The notes under the pieces are model-generated. The model saw nothing but the letters and a program-made list of their open reading frames with translations. It searched no databases and was not told the DNA's origin. Positions 41,447-50,800 of a DNA stretch of 64,000 nt are shown piece after piece. This DNA comes from Planctomycetota bacterium (GTDB lineage: Bacteria > Planctomycetota > B15-G4): positions 987,102 to 1,051,101 of the forward strand of contig BQJR01000001.1 of assembly GCA_021604805.1 (NCBI GenBank), given 5' to 3'. Both the position numbers and the translations under genes were made by a program. Numbering within the stretch: the first letter of the stretch is position 1; each line of letters opens with the position of its first letter.

Positions 41447-42340
41447 CTAGGGACGCTCGCGCTCGCCGGGCTTGGGTTGGTCGGCGCGCATGCGCTCGTC
41501 GGGATCCACGTAGTCGGGCGGGCCGATCGGCTCCTCGAGCTTGCCGAGCTTCCTCTCGAGATCGCCGCGCACTTCCTTGAACCAGTCGCGCCAGTCGTTG
41601 TCGTAGCGGTCCGACCAGGGCGGGCCGAGCTTGCCGATCTTCTCGGAGTACACGATCAGCGCGTCGTGGATGATGCGAGCGGTCCTGGTGAAGTTGTTGC
41701 CCTCGTCGTCGTCGGAGAGCGCTTCACCACCGAACACGTTGGTGGTCTTCACCACCAGCTCCACGGCCTCGTAGCTGCCCAGTTCGAGCAAGGCGGTGCT
41801 GAGTGGCCCGACCAACACCTCGGCCAGCCGTCCTTCACCAGTGCCGGGCTTGAGCGTGCGCAACTGGTCGACCAGGATGTCGACGGCCGCGTCCGAGGTG
41901 TGCCGCCCCACGACGACACACGCGTTCTCGTAGAGACGCGCCGCTTCCTGGAACACGGCGCGGTTCTCATCGCCCGGACGGGTCGCGTACTTGGCCGCCG
42001 TGTTGCGCAGGTCGTCGATGACGTCTTCCATGCCGTCGAGCGTGGTGTCCACGTGCCGGCCCCAGGAGAGCGCCACGATCGCGGCGGCCACGACCTCCAT
42101 CTCATCGTCGCCGAGCGCGATCTTGAGCTGGCGCGCCACGAGCTTGCTCGCGCCCTCGTCGTCGGCCAGGTCGCGCGTGGCGAAGCCGTAGGCGTTCACG
42201 GCGTCGGCGCGCGTCTGCGGATCCGAACGGGCAATCCCCTTCTTGTACTCGTCGCGCAGGTCGCGCTCTTTGGCTTCGGCATCTTGCGGCGCGAAGGGAG
42301 CCGCGAACACGGCGGCAGCGGTGAGGAGCAGTGCGAACAT
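41447..42340 (-). CDS. Secreted helical-repeat (HEAT-like) protein of unknown function
   Basis: 297 aa from ATG 42340. Signal peptide MFALLLTAAAVFAAPFA. Predicted all-alpha. It lies upstream of the VOC gene on the same strand, with a 12-nt gap. Confidence 0.6.
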   Translation of the reverse strand: MFALLLTAAAVFAAPFAPQDAEAKERDLRDEYKKGIARSDPQTRADAVNAYGFATRDLADDEGASKLVARQLKIALGDDEMEVVAAAIVALSWGRHVDTTLDGMEDVIDDLRNTAAKYATRPGDENRAVFQEAARLYENACVVVGRHTSDAAVDILVDQLRTLKPGTGEGRLAEVLVGPLSTALLELGSYEAVELVVKTTNVFGGEALSDDDEGNNFTRTARIIHDALIVYSEKIGKLGPPWSDRYDNDWRDWFKEVRGDLERKLGKLEEPIGPPDYVDPDERMRADQPKPGERERP

Positions 42341-42599
42341 GACAAGGTCTCCCAGCGGAGTGCGGAGGGGTGTGGCGGGCAGCCGTGGCCGAGTGTAACC
42401 GTTGACCTGCGTGGACCCTGCGGCCGGGCCGGCGCGGTGGAGCTCGCCCTGGACGACGCACGTGGCACCGATCCGACCCACACGATGCTCACGCAAAGCA
42501 GCCCTCCAAGGTGCACGTCCGCAAGCAGGCCTCGAACCGCGGCGTCCCGTGCCTACAATCGCGCCCCATCACCGCTCCCCCCATCACGAGGTACAGCCT

Positions 42600-42905
42600 G
42601 TGGCACTCACGAACATCGGTCCCGTCGAGAACTTTCCCGTGGGCAAAGGCGTGCGCGTGGAGGTCGGCGGCAAGACGATCGCCGTGTTCAACACCACCGG
42701 TCAGTACTACGCCATCGACGACATGTGCCCGCACCGCGGCGCGAGTTTCGCCGACGGCCCGATGCAAGGCACCACGGTGACCTGCCCGCTGCACGGCGCC
42801 ACAGCCGAAGTGCGCACCGGCGCCTGCTCGCCCCCGTCGCCCAGCGACGTGGAGACCTACGACGTGAGCTGCGACAGCACGAGCCTGTTCGTGGACATGG
42901 ACTGA
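42600..42905 (+). CDS. Small Rieske [2Fe-2S] protein (NirD-like)
   Basis: 101 aa. GTG start after GAGG. Rieske ligand motifs CPHRG and CPLHG, separated by 18 residues. Confidence 0.8.
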   Translation: MALTNIGPVENFPVGKGVRVEVGGKTIAVFNTTGQYYAIDDMCPHRGASFADGPMQGTTVTCPLHGATAEVRTGACSPPSPSDVETYDVSCDSTSLFVDMD

Positions 42906-42909
42906 GCGC

Positions 42910-45369
42910 TCAGCCGCGCAGCTCGCGGTAGGCGTCCTGGCTGTAGTCGTCCACCGCGACGGCGCGCGCGCGCGCCTTCTGCGCGTCGTTCCAGAGCATC
43001 GCTTCTTCGCCCTTGATCACGCCGAGGCTGAGCGCGCGGCTGGTGAGCGATTCACCTTCGCGCGGTTCATCGAGGCGGCCATCCTTGAGGGCTTCACGCA
43101 GGCGCTTGTCGATGCCGGCGGCGGCCACGATCTTGGCGCGCGCGAACTCGAGGAAGCCCAGACCGGGTTCGTCTTGCGGCGGCGTGTGCACCAGCGCGCT
43201 GTGACGCAGGCGCGTCTCGCTCTCGTCGAGCAAGGAACGCGCGACCTTGAGTGCGGTGCGATCGCTGGCCCCTTTCCGACGCGCGCCGAGTGGGAACAGC
43301 AGCGGGCGCAGCAACCACGCGGCCGGGCGCAACGGCAGGTTGTCGAGGATGCCGGCGAGCGCGTTGGCGATGTTCTGATCGGCTTCGGCGCACGCGTGTT
43401 GCATGAACGGCAGGTCGTCGGGGCGCTCGCCTTCGTCGAGGAAGCGCTTGAGCGTGGCGGAGCTCAGGTACATGCCGGCGAGCGCGTCGGCGAAACGGCC
43501 GGCGAGCATCTCCTTGCGCTTGAGGTCGCCGCCGAGCGTGGCCATGGCGGTGTCGGCGAGCACGGAGAAGGCCGCGCTCCAACGCGACAGGCGCGACAGT
43601 TCCTTGCGGGTGGCGCGTGAACCGCGCGCGCTGTTCGCCGGCAGGAAGGGCAACAGTCCGCGCGTGAAGGCGCGCACCACGTTGCACAACACGAAGTTCA
43701 CGTGACCGAAGAAGGCTTTGTCGAAGCGCACGAGGTCGTCGTCGTCGACAGCGGCCATCTCGTCTTGCACGAAGGGATGACAGCGGATCGCGCCCTGCCC
43801 GAAGATGATCATGGTGCGCGTGAGGATGTTCGCGCCTTCCACGGTGATGCCGATGGGCACAGCCATGTGTGCGCCGGCGAGCACGTTGGCCGGACCGCGC
43901 GAGATGCCCGCGCCGCCAGCGATGTCCATGGCGTCGTTGATCACGTCGCGCATGGTGTTCGTGCAGTAGGCCTTGGCCACGGCGGAGAGCACCGAGGGCT
44001 TCTCGCCCAGGTCCACGCTCGAACTCGTGAGCTTGCGCGTGGCGTCGATCATGTAGTTGCGCGCGCCGACTCGGCCGAGCGCTTCGCCCACGCCTTCGAA
44101 CTTGCCGATCGACAAGTTGAACTGCTTGCGCACGAGCGCGTAGGCGCCGCTGTAGCGCACGGCCACTTGGCAGCAGCCACTGCTGAGCGACGGCAACGAG
44201 ATCGCGCGGCCGGCGGCCAAACAGTCCATGAGCATGCGCCAACCTTGGCCGGCCATGGCGCGTCCGCCGATGAGCGCTTCGTCGAGCGGGACGAACACGT
44301 CGCGGCCCCAGCTGGGACCGTTGTGGAAGGGAATGCCGAGCGGGTCGTGGCGCGAGCCGATCGTGATGCCCGGCAGATCGGCGGGCACGAGCGCGCAGGT
44401 GATGCCGCGGTCTTCGTCGTCGCCGATGAGATGTTCGGGGTCGTAGAGCTTGAAGGCCAGGCCGATCACCGTGGCGATCGGACCGAGGGTGGTGTAGCGC
44501 TTGGCCCAGCTCAGGCGCAGGCCCAGCACCTCTTCGCCCTTCCACTGGCCTTTGCAGACCACGCCGCGCGCTTCCATGGCGGCCGCGTCGCTCCCGTTCT
44601 CAGGACCGGTGAGCGCGAAGCAGGGCATCTCTTCGCCCTTGGCGAGGCGCGGCAACCAGTAGCGACGCTGCTCGTCGGTGCCGTAGTGCAACAGGAGTTC
44701 GGCCGGGCCGAGCGAGTTGGGCACCATCACGGACACGGAGAGAGCGGTGCTGCGACTGCTCAGTTTGGTCACGACGGCCGAGTGCATCGCGGCCGAGAAG
44801 CCCAAGCCGCCGTACTCCTCGGGGATGATCATGCCGAAGAAGCCGTGGCGCTTGAGGTGCGCCCACACGTGCTCGGGGAGGTCGGCGGCTTGCACGGCGT
44901 CGTAGTCGCGCATGAGCGTGCAGGCTTGCTCGACGGGGCCGTCGAGGAAGGCGCGTTCACGCTCGCTGAGCGGAGGGAGCGGCGCGTCGAGCAGACGCTT
45001 CCACTTGGGCGCGCCGGAGAAGAGTTCGCCGTCCCACCACACGGTGCCGGCCTCGAGCGCCGCGCGTTCAGTGTCGGAGATCCGGGGCAGGATCGGCGCG
45101 AGGATGGTCTTCACGCGGGCGCTCAGGACGGTGCGTCGCCAAGCGGGAACACCGAAGAGCGCCGCGGCCGCGAGGAAGAGCACGAGCAGGAAGTACCACC
45201 AGCCGCCGGGGGCAGTCGAGGCAACGTCGCCCGCAGCACCGGCCGCGACCTGATCCCCGGACGTCGCGCAGGCCCAGAACAGGATCAATCCACCGACGAC
45301 CCAGGCCAGGTAGCCGCGCCCGAGGAAGGCCAGCACGATGGCGACGAGGAAGGCGAGGGCGGTGAGCAT
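42910..45369 (-). CDS. fadE: Large membrane-associated acyl-CoA dehydrogenase (FadE type)
   Basis: 819 aa. N-terminal TM helices, an acyl-CoA dehydrogenase core (GLGFSAAMHS..., FALTGPENGSDAAAMEA, GGRAMAGQGWRMLM) and the FadE-specific C-terminal extension. Confidence 0.9.
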   Translation of the reverse strand: MLTALAFLVAIVLAFLGRGYLAWVVGGLILFWACATSGDQVAAGAAGDVASTAPGGWWYFLLVLFLAAAALFGVPAWRRTVLSARVKTILAPILPRISDTERAALEAGTVWWDGELFSGAPKWKRLLDAPLPPLSERERAFLDGPVEQACTLMRDYDAVQAADLPEHVWAHLKRHGFFGMIIPEEYGGLGFSAAMHSAVVTKLSSRSTALSVSVMVPNSLGPAELLLHYGTDEQRRYWLPRLAKGEEMPCFALTGPENGSDAAAMEARGVVCKGQWKGEEVLGLRLSWAKRYTTLGPIATVIGLAFKLYDPEHLIGDDEDRGITCALVPADLPGITIGSRHDPLGIPFHNGPSWGRDVFVPLDEALIGGRAMAGQGWRMLMDCLAAGRAISLPSLSSGCCQVAVRYSGAYALVRKQFNLSIGKFEGVGEALGRVGARNYMIDATRKLTSSSVDLGEKPSVLSAVAKAYCTNTMRDVINDAMDIAGGAGISRGPANVLAGAHMAVPIGITVEGANILTRTMIIFGQGAIRCHPFVQDEMAAVDDDDLVRFDKAFFGHVNFVLCNVVRAFTRGLLPFLPANSARGSRATRKELSRLSRWSAAFSVLADTAMATLGGDLKRKEMLAGRFADALAGMYLSSATLKRFLDEGERPDDLPFMQHACAEADQNIANALAGILDNLPLRPAAWLLRPLLFPLGARRKGASDRTALKVARSLLDESETRLRHSALVHTPPQDEPGLGFLEFARAKIVAAAGIDKRLREALKDGRLDEPREGESLTSRALSLGVIKGEEAMLWNDAQKARARAVAVDDYSQDAYRELRG

Positions 45370-45589
45370 GATTCGAGTCCGAGTGGGCGGCCCGCGAGCT
45401 AGAGCGGGCAGTGAGATGAAACGAGATGTCAGCCGAGGAGGTGCTGGTGAGCCACGCCCCGAGGCCAGATCGCCTGGGGTGTGTGCCCGATGATGACTCG
45501 CGCGAAGGCCGGATGGAATGCGCCCTTATCGGCAGGATCCGGGGGGGACCTGGGGGTGATCGCGTCATGCCGCCAGCCACTCTCAGAAC

Positions 45590-45634
45590 CACCTCAACCT
45601 TGACTGCCCTGTCACCTCAACCTAGCGTTGAGGT
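45590..45634 (+). promoter_or_regulatory. Repeat cluster: two direct CACCTCAACCT copies 23 nt apart. The second copy forms an 8-bp palindrome with GTTGAGGT.
   Basis: Read directly from the sequence. Copy 1 is at 45590-45600 and copy 2 at 45613-45623. The inverted half-site is at 45627-45634 (ACCTCAAC-ctagc-GTTGAGGT). A further ACCTCAAC lies at 45757-45764. The cluster sits about 105 nt upstream of the 45741 start. Confidence 0.5.
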
Positions 45635-45740
45635 CGAGAAGGAAGGGTGCGGCGCTGCAGAGCGACGTTTGGGCGGGACCGCTGCGAGATGAGCGGGTGC
45701 GCTCTGTCTGCAGCGGCCGGGCAGCGAAGCGAGGCGTGTG

Positions 45741-46397
45741 ATGCAAGCCGAAGGGCTACCTCAACGAATCCAGCGTGCCACGGGTGACGAGCAGTTCGCA
45801 TCGCTCGACCTGTCGTCGACGGCAGAAGTGGATGCCGCCTGCTCCGCCCTGCTCACACGTCTCGACGAAACGAATGACTTCGAGTGCGCCGCGCTGATCG
45901 CGGACCTGGCTGGTGCGCCGCTCGCGGTGGCCGCGCAGGAACTCGCGAACGAACTCGGTTTGGGATTCTCGCCCGACGACCTGGTGGTTGCGGTGCTCGG
46001 CGAGCTCATGGCTGAGATGCCGCTGCAACCGCGACGCATCAAGCACTTCCTCGGGCACGCGAACGACCGCATGCGTGCAGCCGCCGAGCTAGCCGTAGAC
46101 CAGATCTCAAGCACCGACTGGCTCGCGAGCAACGCCTCATCCGACGGGCAAGCCGAGCCATGGATCGCGCAGCCGCCTAAGGCACAGCGGGATCGAATGT
46201 TTCAAATGTGTTTCCACCGACTGGCCGCCGACGACCGCCGCCTGCTGCGCCTCGTCGAGACAGAAAAGTTACCGCTCGAGAAGGCGGCGGATATCCTTGG
46301 GCTCTCGCGGACCAGCGCCGCAGCAGCCTTCGACACCGCGCGCCTGAACTTGCTGCACGCACTCGAAGAAGCCGCCGAGAACGGGAGGCCTTCATGA
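45741..46397 (+). CDS. Highly divergent sigma-70/ECF-like protein (only region 4 is recognisable)
   Basis: 218 aa. ATG 45741 lies 6 nt after GAGG, with a GTG at 45738. The C-terminus LAADDRRLLRLVETEKLPLEKAADILGLSRTSAAAAFDTARLNLLHALEE fits a sigma region 4 HTH. The N-terminal 150 aa are unassignable. GC3 is lower than in neighbouring genes. Confidence 0.6.
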   Translation: MQAEGLPQRIQRATGDEQFASLDLSSTAEVDAACSALLTRLDETNDFECAALIADLAGAPLAVAAQELANELGLGFSPDDLVVAVLGELMAEMPLQPRRIKHFLGHANDRMRAAAELAVDQISSTDWLASNASSDGQAEPWIAQPPKAQRDRMFQMCFHRLAADDRRLLRLVETEKLPLEKAADILGLSRTSAAAAFDTARLNLLHALEEAAENGRPS

Positions 46398-47221
46398 CCG
46401 ACCCAGAACATCTCCAAGTCGCTGTCGGCGAAGCACTCGAGTTCCTCGGGCGCGCAGGCAAGAGCGACGGCGCAGGAACGCAGCTGGCCGAGCGAGCAGT
46501 GAGTCGCGGCGACGCCAAGGTACGCAAGCAACTCGCGGACGCGGTTTACGACTTGGCGCGGCGGTGCGTGCAGGCGCATGAGAAGACGGGGACTGCTCTG
46601 CTGTTCGGGATGCAAGAGATGCAGTCGGCGCCGAAACTCACGCAGGCGATCGGCAGCCTCGCCAACCGCGCTGCGGTCGCGGATGGCGACGTGACCGTGA
46701 TTGCCCCAGCTGTAGACTCGGCTGAACCCCTGCAGCAGGCAATTGAGGTGCTCGAGCGCCTCGAAGGGCGAACCGATTCGTGGAAGGCCTTGGTCGCGTG
46801 GGAGGCCATGACGCGTCACGACTTTGAGACCGCACTGAGATGGAGCCTTGAGCTCTCAAAGAGCGCTGCGACGGAGATGGCACGGCAGGGAGGCGTCCAG
46901 TCCGCGGCCAAGGCTCTGATCGATCTCCACAGACTCCCCGAGGCAGAGCAGCTGCTCAAGGAGACCGCCGAGGCGCACGGCGAGAGCGACCTACTCCTCT
47001 TCAACCTTGCCTTCGTCCACGCCGCTCAGGGACACCTCGCGGAGTTCGAGCGCGTTGCATCGGCGTTTAGAGACTGCCCACGGCAAACTGCCTCAATGGA
47101 AACTTGGTCAGAGGCAATCGAGGACCAGCTCGAGGAGTTCTGCCGGGCGACGAACCTGAGCGCCAATGACATCCGACAACTCTTCGGTGTAGAGCAGCCC
47201 CACGGAGGAGCGGCTCCATGA
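46394..47221 (+). CDS. Cytoplasmic all-helical protein of unknown function
   Basis: 275 aa. ATG 46394 is preceded by GGGAGG and overlaps the upstream TGA (ATGA). The start was refined from track ORF 46208..47221. TPR-like helical character and no TM segment. Confidence 0.6.
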   Translation: MTDPEHLQVAVGEALEFLGRAGKSDGAGTQLAERAVSRGDAKVRKQLADAVYDLARRCVQAHEKTGTALLFGMQEMQSAPKLTQAIGSLANRAAVADGDVTVIAPAVDSAEPLQQAIEVLERLEGRTDSWKALVAWEAMTRHDFETALRWSLELSKSAATEMARQGGVQSAAKALIDLHRLPEAEQLLKETAEAHGESDLLLFNLAFVHAAQGHLAEFERVASAFRDCPRQTASMETWSEAIEDQLEEFCRATNLSANDIRQLFGVEQPHGGAAP

Positions 47222-47652
47222 ATGAGATCGGAACTGTAGTCCGCAGCAAAGGCAAGTTGGGCACAACTTGTCGATACGCGGCCGCCTGCTTGCTCTGTGG
47301 ATTCCTCTCCATCTCGGCGCTTGCCAACGGCGGGCTCGGTCTTCTCCCGCCACGCCAGACGCCGAGCAGCCCTGGGGTCAAAGACCCGGGCAATGATCAC
47401 GCACATGGCCAAGGTGGCATCATTGTGGAGATGCGCCCGTCTTACAGCCCCGTCGTTGTCGGGACTGTGGAGACACGCCGAGTCGTCGCGCGCGACGCGC
47501 GTGGGCGGATCGTCGCGATCGGCAGCATCGGCAGCGCCAGACAAACAGTGCTCCGCGTTCCGCGCGGAGGCGTGGTGCGACTGCAGATCGAAGGCGTGCA
47601 CAGTTCCGCGATCGTTCGAGAAGGCGCTCGTGTCGTCGTGACGCTCCGGTAG
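47218..47652 (+). CDS. Small exported or membrane-anchored protein of unknown function
   Basis: 144 aa. Its ATG overlaps the upstream TGA (ATGA). An N-terminal hydrophobic segment (AAACLLCGFLSISALANG) is followed by a Pro-rich linker and a beta-rich C-terminus. It has the most A/T-rich third codon positions that I noticed in the window. Confidence 0.55.
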   Translation: MNEIGTVVRSKGKLGTTCRYAAACLLCGFLSISALANGGLGLLPPRQTPSSPGVKDPGNDHAHGQGGIIVEMRPSYSPVVVGTVETRRVVARDARGRIVAIGSIGSARQTVLRVPRGGVVRLQIEGVHSSAIVREGARVVVTLR

Positions 47653-47839
47653 GAGCTCATCAACATCGAGCTGTCTACACGACTCCGCATCGCTCATGGA
47701 GCAGCGGTGGGGCGACTCCGTTCAGGACGTCACTGACGCAGACGAGACGCAGGCTCGTGAGACTCCCGCTCGCGGCGAGAGCGCACGGGCGCGCAGGGTC
47801 GTCGCACACCGCGCCATCTCAGCTGCACGCGCCACGCAC

Positions 47840-50800
47840 TCACTCCACCACCACCCGGCATTCTGCGCCGTGGCCGAAGGTTTCCGGCGTGTACATTTCC
47901 TCGGCGAACAGCGGGGGCAGAACGTACTCGCCGGGCGCGGTCGCGCGCGCGACGTAGCTGTACTCGTGGATGCCGGCGGGCAGTGAGCTGGCGAAGACCT
48001 CCACGCGTTCGTCGCGCAGGTTCGCGTGCTCGTACCAGCGCCATGACCACCACCACGGGCGGCGCAGCTTGTGGGCGACGGGCTCCACGCTCGCGCTCAC
48101 GGGCAGGTCGGGGTTCAGGACCTCGAGGCCCGAAGGCAGCGCGTCCACCAAAGCCACGTGATGACGCGCCGACTCGGCGAGCAGCTCCAGGTGCACGCGC
48201 ACGCTGGCGCCGCGGCGGATCACCCACGTGCCGTCGTCGCGGCGGCGCACGTCGCTGGGGTCATCGATCGCTTCGTAGCGACGCGACACTTCGAAGCCGG
48301 CGTCGCGCGCGGCGACGCGCTCGTGGGCACCCGGCGCGTAACGCAGCCCGACCCGCCACCACATCCGCCCCACGCCTTCGCGTTGCAAGGTCACGTTCGT
48401 GTCGCGCTCCGCAACGAGCTCCGCAAGCTGCGTCATCGGGAGCGACAAGCGCTCGCTGCGGGTCTCGCGGCCGGCGAACTCCTCGCTCATCAGACCGGTG
48501 TCGCCGAGCCAAGCGCGCGCCGTGAAACTGGGCAGCTCCGACTCGAGCGCGGCGAAGGCCGCCTGCAGACCGAGCAACACGAAGAGGTCTTCCTGCGTGG
48601 ACCCCCAGGCGCCGCGACGACGATGCGCGAGCAATCCCTTCACCACCTTCTCGATGAGCGGGTTCTTCGGGTCGACCGTGATCAGCGCTTCGAGCAACAA
48701 GCCGTCCGTGCGGCGCTCGCCGTGCAACAAGACCGCGCGCTCGTCGCTTTCATAGCGGGAGACGAAGCGCGCCTCGCTGGCCGTCTCGATCGCGCGATCG
48801 TTGACCACCCTGAGCACGTCGTCGCAGAGTTCCTCGAGCGCGCCGTCGGCGTGCAGGATCGGGAGCGTCCACGCCAAGACTTCCAGGGGGAGCTCATCCA
48901 GCGGACGCGCGTGCAGCAAGTCGAGCAGGTCGCCGCGCAGCGTGTGGCCCGCACGCCAGCGGGTGTTGAGCGCGGAGGCGCGGATCACGTAAGCGGCCTC
49001 GGTGCTGAGACGTTCGTGCTCGACCGCCAGGCGGAGCTCGCCGGGCAGCGTCTTCTGCAAGAAGTCGAGCGCCTTGCTGAGCACGCGCGCGGGCACGTCG
49101 CGGCCGGCGTCGGCGCAGCGCTGCAACACGTGCGCCACGTGCGCGCTCAGGTAGAGCCTGCGCCAGGGAGCGCCCGCGTAGTCGGAGTCGGGCCAGAAGC
49201 GGAACATGCCGTTGCGCTCCTGCGCCTGGCCGAGCTTCTCCATGTCGGCTTCGAAGGAGGCGGCGCGCGCGTCGGCGTCGGGCAACCCCGGCGCCTCGAA
49301 GGCTTCGAGCACGTCTTGCAAGGCCACCAGGGCGAGCTGCCGCGAGGCGCGCTGCTCGGTGCAGGCGTACGGATAGGTCGAGAGGTTCACCACGGCGTCG
49401 GTGAGCGAGGCGAAGGCGGTGGACGCCACGTCGACACGTAGCTCCCCCACTTCGGGGCGTGCGTCGCTCGGCACACGTAAGGGGATCTGCGTGGCCGCGT
49501 CGCTGTCGGAGTTCCCGTAGATCGCGAAGGACTCGAGCGTGGTCGGACGTTCCACCACGAGCGAGGTCGAGAGCGCATCGTGGCGCGACGGGTCCTTCGC
49601 GTCGGTCAACACGAACAGCAAGCGCGCCACCCCCGAGCGCGGCGCGCTCACCGGCAGCAACAACTCGACGCGATCGTGCGCAGGTACCGTCAACTTGCGA
49701 CCGCGCGCCTCCGCGCTCAACTCCAGCACGCTCGCCTCCAGCGCGAGTTGCACCTCGGCGGCGCTGTCACCATCGTTGTGCAACACCACGGGCAGCGCAG
49801 CGCGATCACCCTGGCGGAGTTGACGCGGCAAGCTCGCGCGCACACGCAGCGGCTTGCTGCTTCGCAAGCTCGACTCCCCAAAGCCGAAGCGCGAACCGCG
49901 ATCAGCAGCCACGACCATCACGCGCCAACGCGTGAGCCGATCGGGCAGGCTGACCTCGGCGCGCACGCAACCGTTCTTGTCCGTGCGCAGGGCGGGCAAG
50001 AAGGCGGCGAGCGGCGCGAGGTTCTCGCGCACGCCGATCGCGGGAGCGTTGTCCGACCCCGCCGCGCTCTGCTTGGGCGCCGCGGGCGGTGCCGAAGCGC
50101 GCGCCACGCTGCCACCACCTCCTAGGTAACCGAGGGCAGCCAGCTCGGTCCTCACGCTGTCGTCGGCTGAGTATCGCAGCGAGTTCGAGCCTTCATCGGG
50201 CGCGAAGCTCTCGTCCTCGTGATCACCGACCGTGAGCAACAGCACCTCGTGCCCTGGCGCGGCGAGTCGGTCGCGTGCGGACTCGTCGAGCTCGAGCAGC
50301 TGCACGAAGCGTCGCAACCACACGCTTTCGATGCCTGCATCACGCGCCGGGTAGAACGAAGGCAGCGGATCGCGGAAGTCGTAGCCGCCCGCGACGTGCA
50401 CCGATTCGTCGACCACGATGAGCGCCACGTTCGCGTCGCTGAGCGCCTTGCCCTCGTTGTCGCTCACACAGACCTGCACGCCCACGGTGGCGCCGGGCTG
50501 TGCGACCGACGACTCGGGCGCGACCTCGACGCTCAACCTGCGAGCGTCGATCGACACAGGCAACTCGAGCTCCGCCACGGCGTAAGCAGGTTGTGGCGGC
50601 GCGTGATCCCGCGCCTTGCCCGCACTGTCGACGCGCGGGCGTTGACCCACCAGGCCCAGCGAGAGATGCAGCGTGGGGAGATGTGCGTCGAGCAAGGGCA
50701 CTTCGAGCACGGCGCTGCCGCCTTCCAGCGCGATCACTTCGGTGCCGAGCCGACCCGAACGGCCGAGGCTCAACTGTAAGGTGCCGCGTTCGAAGGGCGC

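Noticed and set aside
45426-45692. 88-aa plus-strand ORF in the leader of the atypical cassette
   Set aside because: It has no convincing RBS, mixed codon bias and low-complexity Gly/Pro/Thr stretches, and it overlaps the repeat cluster. It is kept only as a possibility for Ribo-seq to test.
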